Below, piece after piece: positions 8,213 through 16,560 of a DNA stretch of 32,744 bases. The position numbers and the translations under genes are program-made. How positions within the stretch are numbered: the stretch's first letter is position 1; the number at the start of each line of letters is the position of its first letter. Under the pieces are notes generated by a model that was not told the origin of the DNA, ran no database searches, and saw only the letters and a list, made by a program, of their open reading frames with translations. Source of the DNA: a virus (taxonomy: Duplodnaviria; Caudoviricetes); IMG/VR virus record IMGVR_UViG_3300017727_002534, positions 1 through 32,744 of that record. One strand, written 5' to 3'.

Positions 8213-9170
8213 TGTCAAATATGTTAACCTAGTTTCTGTAAGACTACAAAAATTTAAAAGAGTAAAGGCAAATCTTTTTAACTTTAGGTGTCCCATTTGT
8301 GGAGACTCCCATAAGAATAAGAGTAAAACGAGAGGTTATCTATACTCTGTAAAAAATGATACTAACTATAAGTGCCATAACTGTGGTGCTAGTTTATCGT
8401 TGAATAATTTTCTTAAGCATATGGATGTTGCTCTGCATAAGAGTTATTGTCTAGAGAAGTTTAAGGAGGGAAAAACTGGAAGACGTGGGATGCAAACTAA
8501 TGAACCTAAGTTTGTTTTTGAAAAACCTAAGTTTGCACAGAGGATCGTTCTTCCTCTATGCAGTGAGGTGGAAGTTGCTAGAACCTATCTTCAAAATCGT
8601 AAGATCGATCCCACCAAATTTTATTATGCAGAAAACTTTGATAAGTTTGTGCATACGTTTAAGGGATTGGATCACGGGTATATGGGTAAAGAGCCTAGGA
8701 TCATCATCCCGTTATATTGCGACAAAGATCTCATCGGATTCCAAGGTAGGAGTCTAAATTCCAAATCTATTAAATATATTACTGTAATGCTTAAAGAGGG
8801 AGCACCGAAAATATATGGACTCGACAACATCACAAAAAGTAGCAGTGTCTACATTACAGAGGGACCATTCGATAGCACGTTTATTCGCAACTCAATTGCT
8901 ATGTGCGGAGCTGATCTTGATATCAGTAATTGGGGTATTAGCAATCCTGTTTGGATCTACGATAACGAACCACGTAATAGAGAAATCCTCAGTAGAATCA
9001 GTCGAACAATCGATAGTGGTGACTCCATAGTCATTTGGCCATCACATATTGATGAAAAGGACATAAATGATATGGTCCTTGCTGGACACGATGTCCAAAA
9101 TCTGATAGAATTAAATACTTATTCTGGTTTAGAAGCAAAATTAAAATTTACCACCTGGAAGAGAATATGA
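8199..9170 (+). CDS. gp61: DNA primase (T4 gp61 homolog)
   Basis: Zn ribbon CPICGDS...CHNCG; FQGR; TOPRIM motifs EGPFD, YDNEPRN, KDIND. Confidence 0.97.
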   Translation: MDQIDVKYVNLVSVRLQKFKRVKANLFNFRCPICGDSHKNKSKTRGYLYSVKNDTNYKCHNCGASLSLNNFLKHMDVALHKSYCLEKFKEGKTGRRGMQTNEPKFVFEKPKFAQRIVLPLCSEVEVARTYLQNRKIDPTKFYYAENFDKFVHTFKGLDHGYMGKEPRIIIPLYCDKDLIGFQGRSLNSKSIKYITVMLKEGAPKIYGLDNITKSSSVYITEGPFDSTFIRNSIAMCGADLDISNWGISNPVWIYDNEPRNREILSRISRTIDSGDSIVIWPSHIDEKDINDMVLAGHDVQNLIELNTYSGLEAKLKFTTWKRI

Positions 9171-11464
9171 GCAACGGTATCAAGGTTAAAAAACGTAGTG
9201 GGACTATTGAGGTACTGAACCTTGAAAAGATGCACAAGATGGTAGAGGCTGCCTGTGAGGGTCTCTCTGGTGTGTCTGCTAGTCAAGTAGAGATCCAATC
9301 TGGAATTCAATTCTATGATGGTGTTACTACTGATGAGATTCAAGAGATTTTGATTCGTTCTGCTTCAGATCTAATCGATCTAGAGCATCCTAACTATCAA
9401 TATGCAGCAGCAAGATTGCTCCTATTCTCTATCCGTAAGCAACTTGCGGTGAACTTTAAAAGAAGTCCTACCCTTCTAGAGCAGATTAGGTATGGTATTG
9501 ATAACAATGTATATGACGCAGAAGTGCTGCAAAAATATACTGAAGAAGAACTTGAAAAAGTAAATTCCTTTATCTACCATGATAGGGATTATTTGTTCAC
9601 GTATGCTGGGTTGAGGCAAGTTGTAGATAAATACCTAGTACAAGATAGAAGTAATGCTGAGGTATTTGAGACACCTCAGTTTATGTACATTTTGATTGCA
9701 CTAACGATATTCGCAGAATATCCTAAGGAGACACGACTTTCATATGTCAAAAGATACTACGACGCAATCTCAAAACACAAAATCAACATTCCCACACCTA
9801 TCATGGCAGGAGTGCGAACTCCACTTCGACAATTTGCTAGCTGTGTTCTTGTTGATGTTGATGACACCCTCGATAGCATCTTTAGTTCTGATATGGCTAT
9901 CGGCAGATACGTTGCACAAAGGGCGGGTATTGGTATCAACGCAGGTCGAATCCGTGGTATCAACAGTCGCATCCGAGGTGGTGAAGTACAACACACAGGC
10001 GTTGTCCCGTTCCTTAAGAAGTTTGAATCAACTGTACGATGTTGCACTCAAAATGGGATTCGTGGAGGTTCAGCCACAGTCCACTTCCCAATCTGGCACC
10101 AAGAAATAGAAGATATTATTGTTCTTAAGAACAACAAAGGCACAGAAGACAATCGGGTACGCAAACTTGACTACTCAATCCAGATTTCAAAACTTTTCTA
10201 CGAACGTTTCATCCAGGATGGAGAGATTAGCCTCTTCTCACCGAATGACGTACCAGGTCTCTATGATGCTTTTGGTACTGATACATTTGACGACATATAT
10301 GTTCATTACGAACGAGCTCAAGATGTTCCAAGAAAGACTATTGGGGCACAGGAACTAATCCTAAACATTTTGAAGGAGAGGGCAGAGACAGGTCGGTTGT
10401 ATCTTATGAACATCGATCATTGCAACAGTCACTCTTCGTTCAAGGATAAAGTGAATATGAGTAACTTGTGTCAGGAGATTACTCTACCAACAGATCCTCT
10501 ACAGCATATTGATGGAGAGGGTGAAATTGCTTTATGCATTCTGTCTGCTATCAATGTTGGTAAAGTTAAGTCTGATTCTGAACTAGAGAACCTTTGCGAT
10601 CTCTCCGTCCGTGGTCTAGAAGAACTCATTGATTACCAGAAGTATCCTATCCTTGCTGCAGAACTTGCTACAAAGGCACGTAGGTCCCTTGGAATTGGTT
10701 TTATTGGACTTGCACACTACCTTGCTAAACTTGGTTTTAGTTATAGTGATCAAGAGGCATGGGATGCTATTCATGGACTCTCTGAGTCTTTCCAATACTT
10801 CCTACTGAAGTCTTCTAATGAGATTGCAAAGGAGAAGGGTGCTTGCGAAAGTTTCTCACGAACAAAATATTCTGATGGAATTCTTCCTATTGATACATAT
10901 AAGAAGGATTTAGATGAAGTAACTTCTATTGCATTGCAGCATGATTGGGATTCTCTTAGGCAATCTATCAACGAACACGGACTCAGGCATAGCACTCTGT
11001 CCGCACAAATGCCTTCGGAAAGCAGTTCCGTTGTGTCAAACGCAACCAATGGAATCGAACCACCTAGAGGATACTTGTCCGTTAAAAAATCCAAGAAAGG
11101 ACCTCTTAAGCAGATTGTTCCTCAATACAATACACTGAAGAACAACTATACTTTACTATGGGATATGCCAGATAATGCTGGTTATATCAAAATTGTTGCT
11201 GTTATGCAGAAATTCTTCGACCAAGCAATTTCTGGTAACTGGTCCTATAATCCTGAGAACTATCCTGACAATGAAGTTCCAGTTTCTGTCATGGCAAATG
11301 ATTTTCTAACTACATACAAGTATGGTTGGAAGACTTCTTATTATCAAAACACCTATGATAATAAGACTGATGAAATTGATGAAGACAAAAAAGAACAATT
11401 AAATACAATCTTAGAAGAATTAAGTCAATCCGAGGAGGGAGAGTGTGAATCCTGTGCAGTTTAA
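9167..11464 (+). CDS. nrdA: Ribonucleotide reductase class I alpha subunit
   Basis: ATP-cone VKKRSG; FASCV; SNLCQEI; TSYY; C-terminal CESC. Confidence 0.98.
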   Translation: MSNGIKVKKRSGTIEVLNLEKMHKMVEAACEGLSGVSASQVEIQSGIQFYDGVTTDEIQEILIRSASDLIDLEHPNYQYAAARLLLFSIRKQLAVNFKRSPTLLEQIRYGIDNNVYDAEVLQKYTEEELEKVNSFIYHDRDYLFTYAGLRQVVDKYLVQDRSNAEVFETPQFMYILIALTIFAEYPKETRLSYVKRYYDAISKHKINIPTPIMAGVRTPLRQFASCVLVDVDDTLDSIFSSDMAIGRYVAQRAGIGINAGRIRGINSRIRGGEVQHTGVVPFLKKFESTVRCCTQNGIRGGSATVHFPIWHQEIEDIIVLKNNKGTEDNRVRKLDYSIQISKLFYERFIQDGEISLFSPNDVPGLYDAFGTDTFDDIYVHYERAQDVPRKTIGAQELILNILKERAETGRLYLMNIDHCNSHSSFKDKVNMSNLCQEITLPTDPLQHIDGEGEIALCILSAINVGKVKSDSELENLCDLSVRGLEELIDYQKYPILAAELATKARRSLGIGFIGLAHYLAKLGFSYSDQEAWDAIHGLSESFQYFLLKSSNEIAKEKGACESFSRTKYSDGILPIDTYKKDLDEVTSIALQHDWDSLRQSINEHGLRHSTLSAQMPSESSSVVSNATNGIEPPRGYLSVKKSKKGPLKQIVPQYNTLKNNYTLLWDMPDNAGYIKIVAVMQKFFDQAISGNWSYNPENYPDNEVPVSVMANDFLTTYKYGWKTSYYQNTYDNKTDEIDEDKKEQLNTILEELSQSEEGECESCAV

Positions 11465-12635
11465 GATGTCATCCGTAGAAGAATCAAAGACTAGAGTTGA
11501 AGGCATGACTGTCTTCAATACTGAACAAGTAAATACAAAGAAGCAACCAATGTTCTTTGGCAAACCTTTGGGAGTTCAAAGGTACGATTCCTATAAGTAT
11601 CCAATTTTTGATAAACTAACAACTCAACAACTTGGATATTTTTGGAGACCAGAAGAAGTTTCACTACAGAAAGACCGTGGGGATTATCAAACACTTCGTC
11701 CAGAACAAAAGCATATCTATACAAGCAACCTCAAATATCAGATTATGCTTGACTCCATACAAGGGCGTGGTCCTGGGATGGCTTTTATACCTTATTGCAG
11801 TCTACCCGAACTAGAGGCTTGTATGGAAGTGTGGGGATTTATGGAGATGATCCATAGTCGTTCATACACATATATCATCAAGAATGTCTATGCAGACCCT
11901 TCTGAGATCTTCGATAATATCGTCACCGATCCTCGCATCCTAGAACGTGCTGCGAGTGTTACAGGTGCATATGATGACTTTATCAATAGTGCCCAAACTT
12001 GGGGCAATGGTAATATGTGGCAAGAAGATTTTAGAGACTCACCTTCATCCAAATGGGAAATCAAAGATGTCAAACGTAAACTCTACAGAGCAGTTGCAAA
12101 CGTTAATGTTCTTGAGGGTATTAGGTTCTACGTTAGTTTTGCTTGTAGTTTCGCCTTTGGTGAACTCAAGCTCATGGAAGGATCAGCAAAAATTATTTCA
12201 CTCATTGCAAGAGATGAAAACCAACACCTAGCAATCACTCAGAATATTCTGAATAAGTGGAGGCAGGGTGATGATCCTGATATGAAGCAGATCATGAAGG
12301 AGGAAGAGGAGTGGACGTATGCTATGTTCGATCGTGCGGTTAATGAAGAGAAGAAGTGGGCAGAGTATCTGTTCAAGGATGGTTCGATGATTGGTTTGAA
12401 TGATAAACTACTCAAGAACTATGTTGAGTGGGTTGCAAATCGTCGTATGAAGTCTATTGGTCTAAAACCTACCTACGATATTCCAGCAAAGAATAATCCA
12501 CTACCTTGGACAGAGCACTGGATCTCTTCTAAGGGTCTCCAGGTGGCACCACAAGAGACGGAAGTCGAGTCTTATGTAGTTGGAGGCATCAAGCAAGATG
12601 TCAAGGCAGATACGTTCTCACAATTTAAACTATGA
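11445..12635 (+). CDS. nrdB: Ribonucleotide reductase class I beta subunit
   Basis: FWRPEEV, LDSIQ, EMIHSRSY, EGIRFYVSF, RDENQH, APQETE. Confidence 0.98.
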   Translation: MNPVQFKMSSVEESKTRVEGMTVFNTEQVNTKKQPMFFGKPLGVQRYDSYKYPIFDKLTTQQLGYFWRPEEVSLQKDRGDYQTLRPEQKHIYTSNLKYQIMLDSIQGRGPGMAFIPYCSLPELEACMEVWGFMEMIHSRSYTYIIKNVYADPSEIFDNIVTDPRILERAASVTGAYDDFINSAQTWGNGNMWQEDFRDSPSSKWEIKDVKRKLYRAVANVNVLEGIRFYVSFACSFAFGELKLMEGSAKIISLIARDENQHLAITQNILNKWRQGDDPDMKQIMKEEEEWTYAMFDRAVNEEKKWAEYLFKDGSMIGLNDKLLKNYVEWVANRRMKSIGLKPTYDIPAKNNPLPWTEHWISSKGLQVAPQETEVESYVVGGIKQDVKADTFSQFKL

Positions 12636-12784
12636 TGCAACAATGGGCAATTAAATTAATGTCAGATACTACTGTCGAACTGTCTGAAAGTGATCTTAGA
12701 TTGCTAAGATTTGGACCTCAACCCTGGTTGCCTCATGAAGTTTTGAGGTATAACGTATTAAGACTCAAAGTTAAACCTGAATAA
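12632..12784 (+). CDS. Hypothetical 50-aa protein (not in ORF track)
   Basis: ATGA overlap with the nrdB stop; MMQQWAIKLMSD...FGPQPWLPHE...KPE; ends just before the terminator. Confidence 0.6.
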   Translation: MMQQWAIKLMSDTTVELSESDLRLLRFGPQPWLPHEVLRYNVLRLKVKPE

Positions 12785-12788
12785 TTTT

Positions 12789-12809
12789 AAGACCTTCGGG
12801 TCTTTTTTT
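12789..12809 (+). terminator. Intrinsic terminator with cUUCGg tetraloop
   Basis: AAGACC-TTCG-GGTCTT followed by a T-run; classic T4-type terminator. Confidence 0.92.
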
Positions 12810-12849
12810 ATGAGTATAAACTCGTAGGCATAAATTTTTATTGCTAAAA

Positions 12850-12865
12850 TGTATTGATTTACACA
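12850..12865. promoter_or_regulatory. Possible NtcA/CRP-family binding site
   Basis: TGTA-TTGATTTA-CACA, one mismatch from TGTA-N8-TACA. Confidence 0.35.
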
Positions 12866-12954
12866 CAAACTGTATACATAGTACAGAATAACGGAGGTTA
12901 AGATGACTCTCTCTTGTCTACATTATGGATCTACTTTTTTACAGGAGAATGAAT

Positions 12955-13128
12955 ATGCACAACTTACTATCAAAATCTCAACTAGATCAGTGGAGATCTT
13001 TTGAATCTACATTAGATGCATCGGAGGTGGACAATCAAGCAATTAACGACTATTACGAATGTTTAATCGAGTGCGATACACTGAAACAAAACGAATGTAA
13101 ACGTATATGCAGGAGGATTTTAGATTGA
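12955..13128 (+). CDS. Small four-cysteine protein (Cx3C-x7-Cx3C), picocyanobacteria-like
   Basis: AGGAG SD 7 nt before ATG 12955; INDYYECLIEC...CKRICRRILD. Confidence 0.75.
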   Translation: MHNLLSKSQLDQWRSFESTLDASEVDNQAINDYYECLIECDTLKQNECKRICRRILD

Positions 13129-13140
13129 ATAATATATTTT

Positions 13141-13163
13141 GAGACCTTAGGGTCTCTTTTTTT
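13141..13163 (+). terminator. Intrinsic terminator
   Basis: GAGACC-TTAG-GGTCTC followed by T7. Confidence 0.9.
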
Positions 13164-13164
13164 G

Positions 13165-13172
13165 TCTAAATA
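13165..13172 (+). promoter_or_regulatory. Late promoter variant (TCTAAATA)
   Basis: Directly after the terminator and before ORF 13195; same arrangement as at 6595 and 21100. Confidence 0.5.
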
Positions 13173-13194
13173 TGCTAGACTATGGAAAATATGA

Positions 13195-13623
13195 ATGGTC
13201 GATTATGAAAATCCTTGGACTTTCTTGGAACGAGCTTTTGATAGTTGCGATGTTGGGGATTACTTTGGCTTTGTTTATCTCATTACCAATCTCACAAACC
13301 AACGACAGTACATTGGGAGAAAGTATTTTTGGTCATTTAGGACCCCAAAGGGAAAGAAACGAAAGGTAAAGCAAGAGAGTGATTGGAAAAAGTATTATGG
13401 GTCCTGCCCAGAATTGAAGGAAGATATAGGAAAGATTGGTAAAGATAAATTCAGGAGAGAAATTATATCTTTACACAAAACAAAAGGAAAAACAAACTTT
13501 GAAGAGACACGACAGTTGTTTCTTAACAATGTTCTTACAGAATCTCTTAACGGAGAACCAGCATATTACAATAGTAATATTTTAAGTAGATATTTTAGAA
13601 AGGATTATTATGGAAACGATTGA
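13195..13623 (+). CDS. GIY-YIG endonuclease, single domain (T4 endonuclease II-like)
   Basis: GFVYLITN...QYIGRK, downstream E (FEETRQ) and YYN. Confidence 0.8.
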   Translation: MVDYENPWTFLERAFDSCDVGDYFGFVYLITNLTNQRQYIGRKYFWSFRTPKGKKRKVKQESDWKKYYGSCPELKEDIGKIGKDKFRREIISLHKTKGKTNFEETRQLFLNNVLTESLNGEPAYYNSNILSRYFRKDYYGND

Positions 13624-14329
13624 TTCATACTTTAGATACTGTGCAGAGATAAGTGAAAAATGTACAGTCACGGACCATAATGAACATGTTCTTCACATTA
13701 AGAATGTTTTCAAAGATCCGTATAGGATGCTTAAGTTTCAATCTTTGATTAGTAAGTGGGAATCTTGCTCAAATGCCAAACCTGGAATTATGTCATTGAA
13801 ACTTCCTTACTGGACTGGTGAAGTTATTGCACAGGACATGCTACCAGACTTACCAAAACATGATGAGTTTATGAACGAGACTGAGTTTTATTATTTTTAC
13901 TATAATAATACTGGACTTGATGCTACTACAGATGACCTTAGAAGTAATAATTGTACGTTACCACACACTGATCCAGGTTCAGATAGATCAATACTCAATA
14001 TGATTGGTCTTATTAATTTAAATCAGAGAGATGTTTCTACTGGTTTTTGGGAATTTGATGGATCTTTGGTAGAAGATAGTGAAGAATTTGCTGATGATTA
14101 CAATGATTATTGTAGTGATATAACTCCCGATAACTATGAAGAGAAAACTAATGGTATATTAAAAAAAGCATTTGACGTTTCTTATGGATTTAATGAGGCA
14201 ATTATATATGACTCCAAGGCATTTCATCAACCAAATATAGATAAGTATTATACGAGAGAAAATCCACGTATCATGATGAGGTTGTCATATGTTCTTGACG
14301 AGGAGGATGATGAGTGTTATGATGACTGA
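13610..14329 (+). CDS. 2OG-Fe(II) oxygenase-like protein
   Basis: PHTD, FNEAIIYDSKAFH, and distal R in NPRI. Confidence 0.65.
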   Translation: METIDSYFRYCAEISEKCTVTDHNEHVLHIKNVFKDPYRMLKFQSLISKWESCSNAKPGIMSLKLPYWTGEVIAQDMLPDLPKHDEFMNETEFYYFYYNNTGLDATTDDLRSNNCTLPHTDPGSDRSILNMIGLINLNQRDVSTGFWEFDGSLVEDSEEFADDYNDYCSDITPDNYEEKTNGILKKAFDVSYGFNEAIIYDSKAFHQPNIDKYYTRENPRIMMRLSYVLDEEDDECYDD

Positions 14330-14343
14330 GTTGAAAGGGTACT

Positions 14344-14511
14344 ATGGAAGAGAAAGTCATCGATTGCGTTTCGGATGTTATTGATTGGGCTAACCAACGT
14401 ATAGTTTCTGAAGATATTGAATGGGAAGATGCAGCTGCACTATCATTAGAGTTTAAGGAATGGTTAGAAGAAGATGAAATTGATCTCCTATATCTTGACA
14501 GATTGGACTAG
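14344..14511 (+). CDS. Hypothetical acidic 55-aa protein (not in ORF track)
   Basis: MEEKVIDCVSDVIDWA...EFKEWLEEDEIDLLYLDRLD; AAGGGT upstream. Confidence 0.65.
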   Translation: MEEKVIDCVSDVIDWANQRIVSEDIEWEDAAALSLEFKEWLEEDEIDLLYLDRLD

Positions 14512-14523
14512 ATGATTTATAAT
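14495..14523 (+). promoter_or_regulatory. Consensus sigma70 promoter for the RNA/tRNA transcript
   Basis: TTGACA-17nt-TATAAT. Confidence 0.88.
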
Positions 14524-14528
14524 TTAAG

Positions 14529-14591
14529 AGTTGAGAAATCAACTGCGGTAACTCCCTTGGTAGTTTAGAGTTAGCGGCGATAGGAACTACC
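14529..14591 (+). ncRNA. Candidate structured RNA (5' hairpin plus pseudoknot) leading tRNA-Arg
   Basis: AGTTGA-GAAA-TCAACT hairpin; TAACTC/GAGTTA stem crossed by GGTAGTT/AACTACC. Confidence 0.6.
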
Positions 14592-14597
14592 ATTACT

Positions 14598-14671
14598 GGT
14601 TCAGTAGCTCAGATGGATAGAGCCACGCACTTCTAATGCGTTGGTCGCAGGTTCGAGTCCTGCCTGAATCG
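14598..14671 (+). tRNA. trnR: tRNA-Arg(UCU)
   Basis: Acceptor GGTTCAG/CTGAATC; anticodon arm ACGCA-CTTCTAA-TGCGT; GTTCGAG T-loop; CCA not encoded. Confidence 0.95.
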
Positions 14672-14687
14672 TTGCCACCTCTTCATT

Positions 14688-14882
14688 ATGAGTAAATATG
14701 ACTTTGGTGGACTTGAGAGACACCCTGCTAACATACTAAGATTGATTAGTGAGTTAGAGGGATCTTATCAACTTTGTAAGTATATGGGTTTTGAAGAGGA
14801 TATGAAAGTCCTTGAAGAAATGAAAAAACCATATTATAAACTCTACTTTAAAACGAAGAAAGAGTATGACAATCCTCTATAG
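14688..14882 (+). CDS. Hypothetical cyanophage protein
   Basis: 64-aa ORF between tRNAs; its stop lies inside tRNA-Asn. Confidence 0.7.
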   Translation: MSKYDFGGLERHPANILRLISELEGSYQLCKYMGFEEDMKVLEEMKKPYYKLYFKTKKEYDNPL

Positions 14883-14945
14883 CTCAGTTGGTAGAGCAGG
14901 TGACTGTTAATCACCCTGTCCCTGGTTCGAGTCCAGGTGGAGGAG
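14873..14945 (+). tRNA. trnN: tRNA-Asn(GUU)
   Basis: Acceptor TCCTCTA/TGGAGGA; anticodon arm GGTGA-CTGTTAA-TCACC; GTTCGAG. Confidence 0.95.
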
Positions 14946-14948
14946 TAT

Positions 14949-15019
14949 GCGGATTTAGTTTAGAGGTAAAACTAAAGGTTTCCAACCTTTCGTCAGGAGT
15001 TCGATTCTCCTAATCCGCT
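14949..15019 (+). tRNA. trnG: tRNA-Gly(UCC)
   Basis: Acceptor GCGGATT/AATCCGC; anticodon arm AAAGG-TTTCCAA-CCTTT; U73. Confidence 0.95.
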
Positions 15020-15063
15020 TTATAAGATATTACTAAATACAGTTATTGTTAATTTAATCTGAC

Positions 15064-15312
15064 ATGATATCTGTACAATGTAAGATCTGTAGAACAGAAT
15101 TATCAAGTACGTCTAAAGATCAATGCTGTGGTTGTTTAAATCAAATGGTATTGAAAGACGATAAGGTGACTGCAGTTAATTTAGGTGATGTAATCATAAC
15201 AAAAAATAATAAAAGTATTAACAATTACAGTTCTTTATCAAAATCAGATTTAGAATATCAAGAGAACCGTAGACGAAGAAAGGTTCGTAAACTAGACTTT
15301 GAGGTAAGATAG
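15064..15312 (+). CDS. Hypothetical Zn-finger-like protein
   Basis: CKIC...CCGC and basic tail RRRRKVRKLDFEVR; ACTAAATA at 15032-15039 upstream. Confidence 0.75.
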   Translation: MISVQCKICRTELSSTSKDQCCGCLNQMVLKDDKVTAVNLGDVIITKNNKSINNYSSLSKSDLEYQENRRRRKVRKLDFEVR

Positions 15313-15542
15313 TGAGTTCTGTATACTATACAATATATCTTGTCTTGTTAATTTTCCTTGCACTTATTGCAATTGGTGGTTACGAGTCTACACTACGGTT
15401 GATTCGTTATCTTGACTTACAACTTAGGATGGAGTTTATCCAAATCCGAGTATTCTTTATGAGGCGTAAATTAGAAAAGGACATGAAATCTTTTCACAAA
15501 AAATATGGAGTTAAAAATGTCTCAAAGCAAAAGCTGCACTAA
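15312..15542 (+). CDS. Hypothetical membrane protein
   Basis: GTG start; N-terminal transmembrane helix. Confidence 0.65.
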   Translation: MSSVYYTIYLVLLIFLALIAIGGYESTLRLIRYLDLQLRMEFIQIRVFFMRRKLEKDMKSFHKKYGVKNVSKQKLH

Positions 15543-15744
15543 GTGTGGTGCTACTTGGATAGAAGGACAACACTACTGGTCTGGCACAGGAGCACTTGGA
15601 AACGAGGATGATCTTGCTGGACTAGTATGCAACAAGTTAGGAAACGATGACTGTATTAACCCAAAACGTGGTTCTGAAGAAGGAATTACATGGGATGATA
15701 GACTAGACTCACTAAATACAAAGCAAAATGAATTGGACCTGTGA
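15517..15744 (+). CDS. Hypothetical Cys-containing protein
   Basis: GGAG SD before ATG 15517; CTKCGATW...DLAGLVCN...CINP. Confidence 0.75.
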   Translation: MSQSKSCTKCGATWIEGQHYWSGTGALGNEDDLAGLVCNKLGNDDCINPKRGSEEGITWDDRLDSLNTKQNELDL

Positions 15745-15745
15745 A

Positions 15746-15913
15746 ATGCCAAGAAGTAGAATGAATAAGATCGATCTTGAAGCAAGAGTGTATAGATTAA
15801 AAAATGAATTGTACGGTAAAGAAACGGACTCATCAATGACAGGTCAATGGTATGACGGTGCTCACTACACTTTAAATAAAGTTCTAGACATTCTACAAGA
15901 ATACAGCAATTAA
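15746..15913 (+). CDS. Hypothetical protein
   Basis: Start at 15746 (MPRSRM) directly follows the upstream stop; W.DGAH..LNKVLD.L.EY. Confidence 0.7.
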   Translation: MPRSRMNKIDLEARVYRLKNELYGKETDSSMTGQWYDGAHYTLNKVLDILQEYSN

Positions 15914-15920
15914 TGATGAT

Positions 15921-15949
15921 TTGACACAGACTTAAAAACGTCTTATAAT
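15921..15949 (+). promoter_or_regulatory. Consensus sigma70 promoter
   Basis: TTGACA-17nt-TATAAT, 25 nt before ATG 15975. Confidence 0.9.
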
Positions 15950-15974
15950 TAGTACAGTAAAAAATTGGATAATA

Positions 15975-16559
15975 ATGGACCCTAGTAATAAGCATCAAAT
16001 TGCCGATGATCCTTGCATTTTTTATGAGCAGATCATTCCCGAAAAACTAATAGATCTAATGGTAGAAGAACTACCAAAGTATGATGAATCATATGCAGAA
16101 GCGCATATTGGAGATCGTCAAAGTGGTGCATTATTTGAAAACCAAAGAAACTCTAAGGTCTCTTGGATGTATGAGGATGATTGGGTTTCTTCTATGTTTG
16201 CACATTACTTTCATTTAGCAAACAAAGAGTATTGGGAGTATGATCTTAATTGTCTAGATGGTATTCAAATTACCAAATATGATGTTGGTGATCATTATAC
16301 TTGGCATTCTGATTATGGAACTGCAGAAGATAATCGATACACCAGGAAACTAAGTGCAACTCTTCTAGTCACTGACCCTAGTGAGTATGAAGGTGGTGAA
16401 CTAGAGTTTATTGATTATCATAATAATCTAGTTGTTTCACCTTCTATTAAGGGAACAATGATTGTATTTGATTCACGTATTCCACATCGTGTTCGACCTG
16501 TGACTAAGGGTACTAGAATTTCTCTTGTAACATGGATGCTTGGTCCTAAACTACGATAA
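15975..16559 (+). CDS. 2OG-Fe(II) oxygenase (prolyl-4-hydroxylase/PKHD-type)
   Basis: WHSD, RKLS, YEGGEL, PHRVRPVTKGTRISLVTW. Confidence 0.92.
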   Translation: MDPSNKHQIADDPCIFYEQIIPEKLIDLMVEELPKYDESYAEAHIGDRQSGALFENQRNSKVSWMYEDDWVSSMFAHYFHLANKEYWEYDLNCLDGIQITKYDVGDHYTWHSDYGTAEDNRYTRKLSATLLVTDPSEYEGGELEFIDYHNNLVVSPSIKGTMIVFDSRIPHRVRPVTKGTRISLVTWMLGPKLR

Positions 16560-16560
16560 T

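Noticed and set aside
9167-12635. Intein or group I intron in nrdA/nrdB
   Set aside because: Both frames are continuous and of ordinary length, with no splicing or homing-endonuclease motifs.
14543-14591. HDV-like/theta ribozyme assignment for the pseudoknot
   Set aside because: There is no room for P3/L3 between the P2 and P1 strands, and the element lies 5' rather than 3' of the tRNA.
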